NCBI GenBank assembly: GCA_018817165.1
Contig: JAHITY010000118.1
Location: forward strand, 6,526 to 70,525
Direction: 5' to 3'
DNA from: Candidatus Omnitrophota bacterium
GTDB lineage: Bacteria; Omnitrophota; Gorgyraeia; B26-G9
Length of the DNA stretch: 64,000 nt
Shown here piece after piece: positions 1 through 8,670 of this stretch. Numbering within the stretch: the stretch's first letter is position 1; every line of letters starts with the position of its first letter. A program made the position numbers and the translations under genes. The notes beneath the pieces are model-generated. The model did not search any database. It was not told where the DNA came from and saw only the letters and a program-made list of their open reading frames with translations.

Positions 1-3000
1 CTGGTTCGATTCAGAATATTTCGATGACATATTCAATCAATGGCGGATCAACCTATCCTAATGTTATCGCTGCTTCTGTAAACGCATCTTTGGGGGCTTA
101 TCCATGGGCAATTCCCGACGCGATCGGCAATCAGGTGAGAGTAAGAATAACGGATACAGCTAATTCAACGGTTTATGACAGTTCTGATGCTAATTTCTCA
201 ATCAAAGGTGTATTGCATCTAGATACGCCAAATGGCGGAGAAGTGCTGGAAGTTGGCTCAAGCCGAAATATAACCTGGACAGTTACTGGTTCAATTTCCA
301 ATGTTAAATTGGAATATTCAGTTGATGCCGGGGCAACTTATCCGAATGTGATCACAGCATCTTTGAACGCGGCTTTAGGCACATATGCTTGGAGTGTGCC
401 GGATAATTTGACTACACAGGCTAGAGTGAAGATAACCAATCTATCAGATCCAACTGTATATGATCAGTCAGATGCTGATTTTGATATTATTGGTCAGCTG
501 ATTATTTCAGCGCCAAATGGCGGGGAAGTTTGGCCAGTAGGTACATCCCAAGCAATTTCTTGGGTAACCATGGGTTCAATTGTCGATGTTAAATTAGATC
601 TATCGACAAATGGCGGAGTTACTTATCCCACGGTTATAACAGCAAGCACAGCGGCGAATATTGGTTCATATAGCTGGATGATTCCGGACGCGATATCGAT
701 TGCTGCCCGGATAAAAATATCGGATATCAGTAATCCATCGGTAGTTAATGATGTATCTGACGCGAATTTCAAAATCAGAGGTAATCTGACATTAACCTAT
801 CCAAATGGCGGAGAAGTTTTGCTGATAAATGATAATCGAAATATTACCTGGACACGCTTTGGTTCAATTGTTAACGCGAGAATCGATTATTCGAAAGACG
901 GGGGAGGAACATTCCCCTACTCGATTATTGGTTCAGTAAACGCTGCATTGCAGACTTATGCTTGGAATGTGCCGGATGACCCAGGAACCTTGATCAGAGT
1001 GAAAATCGCGGACGCGGCGGATTTATCTGTATATGATGTTTCTGACGGAAACTTCATTATTCGCGGTGGATTCAGCATTATTACTCCAAATGGCGGCGAG
1101 CAATGGACAGTTAATTCAGTGCATGATATTACATGGACAACATTTGGAACGATAACGAATGTGCGTTTATCGTATTCAAGTAATAATGGTTCTAATTGGA
1201 CATTGATTACTGCTACAGTTCCTAATATTGATTTGTATTCATGGACAGTCCCGGATAGAATCTCTGAGCAATGTCTGGTAAGAGTATCCGATGTTAATGA
1301 CAGCGATGCGAATGATCTATCAAATGCCGCATTTAAAATCATTGGAACTTTGACATTGACAGCGCCAAATGGGGCAGAGCAATGGGGTGTTGCTACAGCC
1401 CAGAATATTAGCTGGACAATGAATGGAACAATCGCTAATGTGAAATTAGAATATTCAACTAATAGCGGAGCAACATATCCGAATTTGATCATCGCCTCAG
1501 CAGCCGGCGCGCCGCTAAATTATGTTTGGACAATTCCGGACGCGATTTATAATACTTTGAGAGTAAGAGTTTCTGATGTTTTGGACGTGAATGTTTATGA
1601 TACATCAGATGCTGATTTTAAAATCAAAGCTGATTTTACTTTATTGGTGCCAAATGGCGGAGAAACATGGGTAGTAAATTCCGCTCAAACCATATCCTGG
1701 ACTTCATCAGGAACAGTACCGAATATCAGACTGGATTATTCCTCTAATGCGGGTGCAAGCTGGACTGTAATATCATTGTCCCTGGCTAATGCAGGGTCAT
1801 ATTCCTGGACAGTTCCGGATGCTATTTCTAGCCAATGTAAGATCAAGGTAGCTAATGCGGCTGATACCAGTGCTTATGATGAATCAAATAATAGTTTCAA
1901 GATCAGAGGTGATTTGATCTTAACCGCGCCAAATGGCGGAGAAACATGGGCTGTGGGCGGTGTAAGGGTTATTACTTGGAATAGAGTCGGATCAATTGCT
2001 AATATATTGGTTGAATACTCAGATAATGGCGGAACAAATTTTGTGCCGATCATTGCTTCCACCCCTAATACCGGATCATATGCTTGGACAGTACCGGATT
2101 CAATTACAACTCAGGCTTTAGTGAGAATCACTAATCTTGCTGATCTAACGGTAACGGATACTTCGGCAGCGGTATTTAAAATCCAAGGCAGTTTCATGAT
2201 TAGCTCCCCAAATGGCGGCGAAGGCTGGAGAGTTGGAACTAATCAGAATATTAATTGGACCTGGAATGGAACATTACCGTTTGTTAAATTGGAATATTCA
2301 ATTAATAGCGGATCTACCTATAATTTAATAGCGGATAATTTACCGAATGTGGGAACCTATTCATGGTTAATTCCAGATGCTGTAGCCGGAACTTGTAGAA
2401 TAAAAGTATCTGATCCTAATGATTCACAGGCTTATGATATATCCAATGGTGATTTTCGGATCCGCTGCGGATTTACGCTGAGTACGCCAAATGGCGCGGA
2501 ACAATGGAGAGTCGGTTCAGTGCGTAATATTACTTGGGCCAGCGTGGGAACAGCGCCAACAGTTACTTTGCAGTATTCTCGCGATGATTTTGTAACTGAT
2601 ATCCAGCCGATTGTCAGCAATCAGGTAAATGTCGGCAGTTATGCTTGGACAATTCCGGATGCAATATCAGATAATGTGAAAGTTAAAGTACTTGATTCCA
2701 ATGATATCGGAGCTGCGGATTCTTCTAATGCTGTTTTTAGAATTACCGGAGATTTTACAGTAATTGCGCCAAATGGCGGGGAAATGTGGAATGTAAATGA
2801 TATTGAAAACATTACCTGGACCTGGCTGGGAACAATGTCCCAGGTGAGAATTGAATACTCAGTTGACGGTGGCGCAAGTTATCCGAATATTATTTCAGCA
2901 ACGAATAATGACGGAGTATATGAATGGCTTGTTCCGGATAGTATTACCGCCCAATTAAGAGTGCGGGTCAGTGATTTAGCAGATTCAACGGCTTATGATA

Positions 3001-6000
3001 CATCCAATGGCAATGCTAAGATCCGAGCGTTTTTTACAATGCTTACTCCTAATGGTTCAGAAATTATGACAGTTAACAATAGCTATGGAATCACCTGGAA
3101 TAGTGTAGGCACAGTGGCTAATGTTGATCTGCATTATTCAACAGACGATTTCTTGACTGCTAATGGGATTGTCGGCTCAACGCCAAACGATGGGGCTCAT
3201 ACCTGGACTGTTCCAGATTCAATATCAACTACAGTTAAAGTAAGAGTCAAGAGTTCGACGGATAGCGATGCTTACGATATTTCCAATGCTAATTTTAAAA
3301 TCCGAGGCGCGTTTACAGTTACTTCGCCGAATGGCGGGGAATTATGGGCAATTAATCAGGTCAGAAATATTACTTGGAACACCACTGGAACAATTGCTAC
3401 TGTAAGAATTATGTATTCAACTAATTCAGGAGCAACTTATCTAAATACAGTTACCAACAGCGCGGTTAATACTGAGACCTATGCTTGGACAGTTCCGGAT
3501 ACGGCTACAGCAAACGCTCGGATCAGAGTGCTGGATGCCGCGGATGCAACGGTGTATGATGATTCAGATGCTAATTTCAGAATGCAGGGATTCTTTACTT
3601 TGAATGCGCCAAATGGCGGGGAGTATTGGATTGTTGGCTCTAGTCATAATATTACCTGGACATGGGGCGGAACTTTAGCCAGCGCAAAACTTTCTTATTC
3701 AACAGACAGCGGCATAACTTATCCGAATGTGATTAATGCCGCAGCCCCAAATGGCGCGGGAAGCGGCGGAACATTTAATTATGCTTGGACAGTACCGGAT
3801 AATATTTCCCTAACAGTCAAAGTAAAGGTGGAAGATCCAAATGATAATACTGTATTTGATGTATCTGATGATGATCTGACTATTGGCGGACAGATTATTC
3901 TTACCAGCCCGAATGGCGGAGAACGCTGGATAACCCGAGAATCGCACCCAATTACCTGGACAACAGCGGGAACCGTTCCGATTGTGGATATTAGATATTC
4001 CAAAGATAATTTTGGATTGAATAATATCTCAATAGTCAGCGGACAAGTTAATATTAATTCATATGCTTGGAGTGTGCCGGATGACAGATCATCTACTGTG
4101 AAAGTAAGAATACTTGATCCGCGTGACCCAACCAATACCTATGATGATTCAAACGCTAATTTTAAAATCGATTATTATACTATTTCGTTTGAGATCCGTG
4201 ATTTGATCACCAATGAAGAATTGTCAACTTTAACGGTTGACGCGTCATCAAATTTAGGTGATATCTGGGCAACAGCAACCATGCCGAATAATCCAGGAGC
4301 GCCTTTAGGTTCACCAGTTACAGTTGATTTACCGTATGGCTTATGGACAGCGGTATGGTCAAAAGTTAGTTTTGGAGATAAACAGGCAAGCTTTGAAGTC
4401 AACGCGGATAAAGCAATAGATACTCTGTATATGGAAACAACAGTTATTCATATATGGCGGGCATATTCAGAAGTTACCTATGAGGCAACCAATGATGTGC
4501 TGAAAATAGCTTCCTGGCTAGAAAGAGATGGATATGCGGTATCTGGCGCGGAAACAGTAACGATTGATGTATATAATGATGATGGAGTTTTGGTACACAG
4601 CTTATTTTCCGATACTCCGAATGCCGCGGGATTTTTCAATTTAAAATGGAATGCTCCCACTGGGTTATTGCCATCAGTAGTATATACGGTTGTTACTAAA
4701 ATAACTAATGCTTCAGGCGCGGAATTTAAGACTCCGACTTCATTTAATATTACAGAAACTCAACAGCTGGTTGCTACTCAAGCAGCGATGGAAAGCATGC
4801 GTGATGTTACATTGCCGGCTTTTCAATCAGGAGTTGAAGCAACGATCAATGCGGGTATTGCTGAACAAAAAACATTGATTGATACTAAGATGACTGAGCA
4901 GACAAATATTATTGATACAAAAACAACACAAATGCAACAGTCGGTTGATGCTAGTATGACGGCTTTTGAAACCAGATCGCAGGTCGCGATTGATCAGTTA
5001 CAAGAAGGTGCTGACCAGGCAACTGCGGCTGGAGCAGAGCTGGAAACTATTGCTAAACGTCAATCAGGGGAATTGATTCTGCCGACAACCGTACTGACCG
5101 GCGGAACAGTTAATATTCGTTTTAGAATAGCTTCGGGATTAATGCCATTGATGGATGTTATTAGTTATGATGGAACAATGCTGAGAAATCAACAGATATT
5201 GACTGAATCAACATCAGTTGCTGGTTTATACGGATATGATTTGTATATTGATGGTACTCAGTTTAAACCAGGTAAAGCGTTTACAGTAGTTGTAACGGAA
5301 AATTCAACCGGAAATTTACAGGCTGGGTCTGTAATGGTTGAGTCAACATCATTAACATCGATTGAAGGTTTAGCATCGTCTATCCCTCAGGTTAAATCGA
5401 TTGCGGATCAGACTTTGCAAGCGGTTGACGCATTGAAAAATACATTAGCAACCGGAGGAGATATCGGAAAGGCGCTTTCTAGTTTACAAGATTCTGTTGA
5501 TGATCTGCCAGCTTTAATGGCTAAAGAAGGCCCCAGCGCGAAAATGGCGGAAGATATTAATGCTTTGATGGAGCGCTTACAGGCTTTTGCCGGTGAAGAA
5601 GGTTATGATATTTCAGCGATGGTTGAGGACGCATTGAGTAATTCACCGACAATGAAAGAAATCAAGAGCAGAACGGAAAGTATTAAGAGTATTGTTAATT
5701 TCTTGCAGCAGTTGTTTGAGCACAAGTTTGGCGGAATGGAAGATGAGCCAATGGTTTCAACCTCATTGTCAACTGGTAGTTTGGTGGTAAATGTGGTTGC
5801 GGCTAATCCATCGAGCACTATGTCGCAGATCACAAAGGTAAAAGTTTATTTACCTAAAGAAGTCACTCCGAATGATATAATGGATACAGGCGGATTGGAT
5901 GTTGAGTTTGACGCGAATCAATCAATATACTATGTATTTAAAGATAGAATAGAACTTGCTCCTAAAGAAGTTCGCGTATTCAAAGTTGAGATAGAAGATA

Positions 6001-6464
6001 TCTGGATTATTCCGCAGACAAGTTTGGATGTGCTTAAACTTAGAGCAACGAAACTTGCCAGTGCTCTGGAATCAACAGAGTATGCACAAGCAACTAGTAA
6101 GCTAGCTGAGAAAACATATGCAGCGGTTGATGAAGTAATTGCCAAGCAGAATGATATTACGCTGAGCCGAGAGCAGCATATTGGGGCTTATCGGGCAAAT
6201 ATTCTGATGATTGATAAGCTAAAAGCAGAACTTACAGATATGGAAAAATTGATGATTGTCAATCCCGATGAGGTAGGCGCTCTTTCACCGGCAATGACTT
6301 GGAAGATCATTATTATCGTAATACTGTTTATCGGATTGCTGGCAGTGGTATTCTTCTTTACTTGGTATCGCAAAGCTGGATTAACGCAGGATGTGCTTTC
6401 TAAAGCAAAACAGTTTTCTTTTCCTGAAGAAGGGGACACTGAAAAGGAAAAAGAAAAGAAATAG
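1..6464 (+). CDS. Giant repetitive cell-surface/adhesin-like protein. It is 5'-partial because the ORF is open to the window start. It has at least 15 tandem ~94-aa Ig-like repeats resembling Kre9/KNH-type domains, then beta-rich and coiled-coil regions, then a C-terminal TM helix with a charged KEKEKK tail.
   Basis: ORF 24..6464 stays open upstream in the same frame, and the first residues GSIQNIS fit the repeat. The repeat unit is PNGGE-W-VG-I-W-G-V-L-YS-DGG-T-Y-W-VPD-YD-SD-F-I, recurring 14 times in full with a ~282-288 bp DNA period. The repeats have diverged. The hydrophobic stretch WKIIIIVILFIGLLAVVFFFTWY lies near the C-terminus. Confidence 0.8.
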   Translation, partial: GSIQNISMTYSINGGSTYPNVIAASVNASLGAYPWAIPDAIGNQVRVRITDTANSTVYDSSDANFSIKGVLHLDTPNGGEVLEVGSSRNITWTVTGSISNVKLEYSVDAGATYPNVITASLNAALGTYAWSVPDNLTTQARVKITNLSDPTVYDQSDADFDIIGQLIISAPNGGEVWPVGTSQAISWVTMGSIVDVKLDLSTNGGVTYPTVITASTAANIGSYSWMIPDAISIAARIKISDISNPSVVNDVSDANFKIRGNLTLTYPNGGEVLLINDNRNITWTRFGSIVNARIDYSKDGGGTFPYSIIGSVNAALQTYAWNVPDDPGTLIRVKIADAADLSVYDVSDGNFIIRGGFSIITPNGGEQWTVNSVHDITWTTFGTITNVRLSYSSNNGSNWTLITATVPNIDLYSWTVPDRISEQCLVRVSDVNDSDANDLSNAAFKIIGTLTLTAPNGAEQWGVATAQNISWTMNGTIANVKLEYSTNSGATYPNLIIASAAGAPLNYVWTIPDAIYNTLRVRVSDVLDVNVYDTSDADFKIKADFTLLVPNGGETWVVNSAQTISWTSSGTVPNIRLDYSSNAGASWTVISLSLANAGSYSWTVPDAISSQCKIKVANAADTSAYDESNNSFKIRGDLILTAPNGGETWAVGGVRVITWNRVGSIANILVEYSDNGGTNFVPIIASTPNTGSYAWTVPDSITTQALVRITNLADLTVTDTSAAVFKIQGSFMISSPNGGEGWRVGTNQNINWTWNGTLPFVKLEYSINSGSTYNLIADNLPNVGTYSWLIPDAVAGTCRIKVSDPNDSQAYDISNGDFRIRCGFTLSTPNGAEQWRVGSVRNITWASVGTAPTVTLQYSRDDFVTDIQPIVSNQVNVGSYAWTIPDAISDNVKVKVLDSNDIGAADSSNAVFRITGDFTVIAPNGGEMWNVNDIENITWTWLGTMSQVRIEYSVDGGASYPNIISATNNDGVYEWLVPDSITAQLRVRVSDLADSTAYDTSNGNAKIRAFFTMLTPNGSEIMTVNNSYGITWNSVGTVANVDLHYSTDDFLTANGIVGSTPNDGAHTWTVPDSISTTVKVRVKSSTDSDAYDISNANFKIRGAFTVTSPNGGELWAINQVRNITWNTTGTIATVRIMYSTNSGATYLNTVTNSAVNTETYAWTVPDTATANARIRVLDAADATVYDDSDANFRMQGFFTLNAPNGGEYWIVGSSHNITWTWGGTLASAKLSYSTDSGITYPNVINAAAPNGAGSGGTFNYAWTVPDNISLTVKVKVEDPNDNTVFDVSDDDLTIGGQIILTSPNGGERWITRESHPITWTTAGTVPIVDIRYSKDNFGLNNISIVSGQVNINSYAWSVPDDRSSTVKVRILDPRDPTNTYDDSNANFKIDYYTISFEIRDLITNEELSTLTVDASSNLGDIWATATMPNNPGAPLGSPVTVDLPYGLWTAVWSKVSFGDKQASFEVNADKAIDTLYMETTVIHIWRAYSEVTYEATNDVLKIASWLERDGYAVSGAETVTIDVYNDDGVLVHSLFSDTPNAAGFFNLKWNAPTGLLPSVVYTVVTKITNASGAEFKTPTSFNITETQQLVATQAAMESMRDVTLPAFQSGVEATINAGIAEQKTLIDTKMTEQTNIIDTKTTQMQQSVDASMTAFETRSQVAIDQLQEGADQATAAGAELETIAKRQSGELILPTTVLTGGTVNIRFRIASGLMPLMDVISYDGTMLRNQQILTESTSVAGLYGYDLYIDGTQFKPGKAFTVVVTENSTGNLQAGSVMVESTSLTSIEGLASSIPQVKSIADQTLQAVDALKNTLATGGDIGKALSSLQDSVDDLPALMAKEGPSAKMAEDINALMERLQAFAGEEGYDISAMVEDALSNSPTMKEIKSRTESIKSIVNFLQQLFEHKFGGMEDEPMVSTSLSTGSLVVNVVAANPSSTMSQITKVKVYLPKEVTPNDIMDTGGLDVEFDANQSIYYVFKDRIELAPKEVRVFKVEIEDIWIIPQTSLDVLKLRATKLASALESTEYAQATSKLAEKTYAAVDEVIAKQNDITLSREQHIGAYRANILMIDKLKAELTDMEKLMIVNPDEVGALSPAMTWKIIIIVILFIGLLAVVFFFTWYRKAGLTQDVLSKAKQFSFPEEGDTEKEKEKK

Positions 6465-6471
6465 TGATCAA

Positions 6472-6674
6472 AGGACTCCGAAATGACTGCTAGGCCGCAG
6501 TCATTTTGGACTAAATTCGCGCAGGCTGACTTGACGTCACAAAAAACGTTCCGTAAGTCAGGCGAAATAATAATGATTCCAAAAGTGCCTGCTAGGCCGC
6601 AGTCATTTTGGACTAAATTCGCGCAGGCTGACTTGACGTCACAAAAAACGTTCCGTAAGTCAGGCGCTCATTTT
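6472..6674 (+). repeat. Family A structured repeat, a tandem pair of copies 1 and 2, immediately after the giant gene stop
   Basis: Two near-identical ~100-nt units (6472-6564 and 6569-6674). Each has hairpin 1 (ccRaaa..gctaggccgcag..tttYgg) and hairpin 2 (gcgcaggctgacttgacg..loop..cgtaagtcaggcgc). Confidence 0.85.
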
Positions 6675-7131
6675 AAAATGTCCGAAGGACGAAAAAGCAA
6701 AAGCTGCGGGACGAAGGACGCAAAAACATGAAAGCGCTTGGCTGATGGCAAAAATTCTCTTTGAGCGGCGCTTTCGAACTTAATTTTGACAAGGATGTCA
6801 AAATAGTGAGAACGCGCGGCTGGGCCTGCACGACGCAGGCTCAGGCTTAGCGAAAAGATGTGTTTTTGCCTAATACGCACGACTTACGACGCATTTTTTT
6901 TAAAAAAGTATATCGTATTGAGTATAGGGTTTAGAGTTTTTAAAAAGTATCCTTGTCACATAACGGCGGGACAGGCAACTATATTAAGACAAAACATTAG
7001 ATTATAGGTGTAACAAGAAGCACGAATAATGAGCACTCGTTTATTTGCTAAGAAGGTGGATTTTTTCGTCTCTCGTTCTTCGTCTTAGCGAAGCGCTCGT
7101 TTTTCGGCTTCAAAGGGGGCAAAGGATTGCA

Positions 7132-7383
7132 ATGGGGGAAAAGTTATTAAATGTAACAGTGTTAAACCCGGAAAAGATTGTTTTTCAGGGTAAGGCAGAA
7201 CGCTTAATTCTGCCTGGGGAAAGTGGGGTATTCGAAATCCTGCCATTTCATAAACAACTTTTAAGTCGATTGCTAACAGGTACGATTATAATTGATGAAC
7301 AAATGATTCCTATTTACCGCGGAGTGGTACAGGTAGGGGGGAATTCTGTGACTGTTATTATCGAAGAAAAAAGAAGCACTTAA
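7132..7383 (+). CDS. atpC: F-type ATP synthase epsilon subunit. It is a short form, an N-terminal beta-sandwich only. The ORF track starts at 7045; the ATG at 7132 follows a GGGGG-rich RBS.
   Basis: LNVTVLNPEKIVFQGKAERLILPGESGVFEILPFHKQLLSRLLTGTIIIDE matches the epsilon N-terminal domain pattern. The gene sits at the head of the atp cluster. Confidence 0.6.
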   Translation: MGEKLLNVTVLNPEKIVFQGKAERLILPGESGVFEILPFHKQLLSRLLTGTIIIDEQMIPIYRGVVQVGGNSVTVIIEEKRST

Positions 7384-7416
7384 AAATTAGAGGACTAATT
7401 AGGAAGGTAAATTATT

Positions 7417-7635
7417 ATGGCAAGACAAATAATATTGCTCATGGTTTTTGCTTTGTGTATATTAGGGCCATGCGGGGTTATGGCTGCGGCGGCTTTTGCC
7501 AGCATCAGTGCTTTGGGAAGAAATCCATCAGCCGCGCCGAAAATTTTTACAGCAATGACTATAACTCTGATTTTCGCTGAAGCATTGGCAATTATCGCGA
7601 TGTTAATAATATTTCAATTGTTTCAAACTGGCTAA
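7417..7635 (+). CDS. atpE: F-type ATP synthase c subunit (proteolipid)
   Basis: 72 aa with two TM helices and a polar loop GRNPSAAPK. A conserved carboxylate lies in helix 2 (IFAEALAII). Confidence 0.7.
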   Translation: MARQIILLMVFALCILGPCGVMAAAAFASISALGRNPSAAPKIFTAMTITLIFAEALAIIAMLIIFQLFQTG

Positions 7636-7726
7636 AGGATATAATCGCGCAATAAGTTTATTTGTGTTGGATGCGGTCAAATAATGACTTATTAATACTT
7701 TTTCGGTATAATAAGAAAGACGTGTT

Positions 7727-7880
7727 GACACTGGGCAAGGTTTAATGGGAACGAAGCCCGTATCGGTAAAGTTTAACGGTTTAGGCTAAAACAATAAATT
7801 TTAATACGGCAGACGTTACCGCAAGACGAAACGGGCATCGTAACCTTGACCGCAACATTTTAAAGTTGTAATTGTAAACA
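7727..7880 (+). repeat. Family B structured repeat, copy 1, between atpE and atpF
   Basis: gacactgggcaaggttta..acgaagcccgtatcggtaa..~60 nt..gacgttaccgcaagacgaaacgggcatcgtaacc. Outer stem gcccgt/acgggc, inner stem cggtaa/ttaccg. Confidence 0.8.
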
Positions 7881-7935
7881 GGCCTTTGTTAGAGTTTACA
7901 TAAAAAAACTGATTTGATAACCATAGGGGTGCTAA

Positions 7936-8670
7936 ATGATTATAGTTAGTTTTATCCTTTTACAGATTTTTATTTTTGGAGGACTTGCTTTTTTTCTCAA
8001 ACATTTGCTTACGAGAAATGTAACCAGCGCGACGTCTCATCTTCAGGGGATGATAAAGGAGAATACCGATAAACAAGAAGAAATGCAGAAGAAGATTGAA
8101 CAAGCGGAAAAAGAATACACGGCGAAGATTAAGAAAGCAAAAGATGAAGCAGAACAAATTGAGAAACAATGCCGCAAAGAAATAGAACAGGAAAGAGATA
8201 AAATTATCACTCAAGCACATGTCCAAAGTGAAGAACTGATGACGCGGGCTAAGAAAACTTGCGAAACTATTGTGGCTGAAATGAATAAAAATGTTAATGA
8301 TAAGGCAGTGGAACGCGCGGCTGAATTAATCTGCAAAGTTTTGCCGGAAAAAAATTGTCGAGATATTCATGAAGAATGGGTAAGGTCTTTAATTAATCAG
8401 GGGTTAAATAGTTTAGATCGGCTGCGGATACCGAATGATGTATCTCAGGTTGAAGTTATTACAGCTTTCGCTTTGACTGAACAGGAAAAAGCGGATTTAC
8501 ATAAACATCTTGTGGATCATTTGGATTTAGATTTATCAATTGAGGCAAATGTTCAGCCAGAAATTGTTGCGGGGATAATTATTAATATTGGAACATTAGT
8601 TCTTGACGGCAGCTTTGCAAATAAGATCAGGGAGGTAGTACATGAGTCATTCACCGGAACCGCAGAATAA
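7936..8670 (+). CDS. atpF: ATP synthase b subunit fused to a delta (OSCP)-like C-terminus (atpF-atpH fusion)
   Basis: An N-terminal TM helix is followed by a long charged coiled coil (b-like). The C-terminus PEIVAGIIINIGTLVLDGSFANKIREV matches the delta-subunit C-terminal motif. No separate atpH is present. Confidence 0.6.
   Translation: MIIVSFILLQIFIFGGLAFFLKHLLTRNVTSATSHLQGMIKENTDKQEEMQKKIEQAEKEYTAKIKKAKDEAEQIEKQCRKEIEQERDKIITQAHVQSEELMTRAKKTCETIVAEMNKNVNDKAVERAAELICKVLPEKNCRDIHEEWVRSLINQGLNSLDRLRIPNDVSQVEVITAFALTEQEKADLHKHLVDHLDLDLSIEANVQPEIVAGIIINIGTLVLDGSFANKIREVVHESFTGTAE

Noticed and set aside
3-13. tRNA T-loop-like GGTTCGATTCA at the window start
   Set aside because: It lies in frame within the giant ORF, which is open to the window edge and encodes GSIQNI of the repeat unit. 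The same ggttcaatt codon string recurs in many repeats. There is no acceptor or anticodon stem context.
956-6439. Ten minus-strand ORFs of 60-178 aa (956..1492, 1874..2062, 2432..2620, 3779..4135, 4175..4402, 4478..4660, 5603..5833, 5930..6145, 6188..6439) inside the giant + strand gene
   Set aside because: They are nested antisense to a continuous 2146-aa repeat-structured ORF. They have no RBS and a low-complexity composition. They are shadow ORFs of the repetitive coding sequence.
6483-6880. ORFs 6483..6731 (+) and 6668..6880 (-) in the gap after the giant gene
   Set aside because: The + ORF is a translation through two tandem copies of the family A repeat, giving a duplicated peptide MTARPQSFWTKFAQADLTSQKTFRKSG that mirrors the DNA repeat. 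There is no RBS. The minus ORF overlaps the same low-complexity region.
6880-6900. T-run (gcattttttttaaaaaag) as a terminator for the giant gene
   Set aside because: There is no preceding GC hairpin. The adjacent cgacttacgacg is a direct, not inverted, repeat. It is more likely just AT-rich spacer.
7045-7131. Upstream extension of atpC (ORF track start 7045, MLRRWIFSSLVLRL...)
   Set aside because: The extension is Arg/Leu-rich low-complexity sequence with no RBS. The internal ATG at 7132 is preceded by a GGGGG-rich RBS and begins exactly at the conserved epsilon fold.
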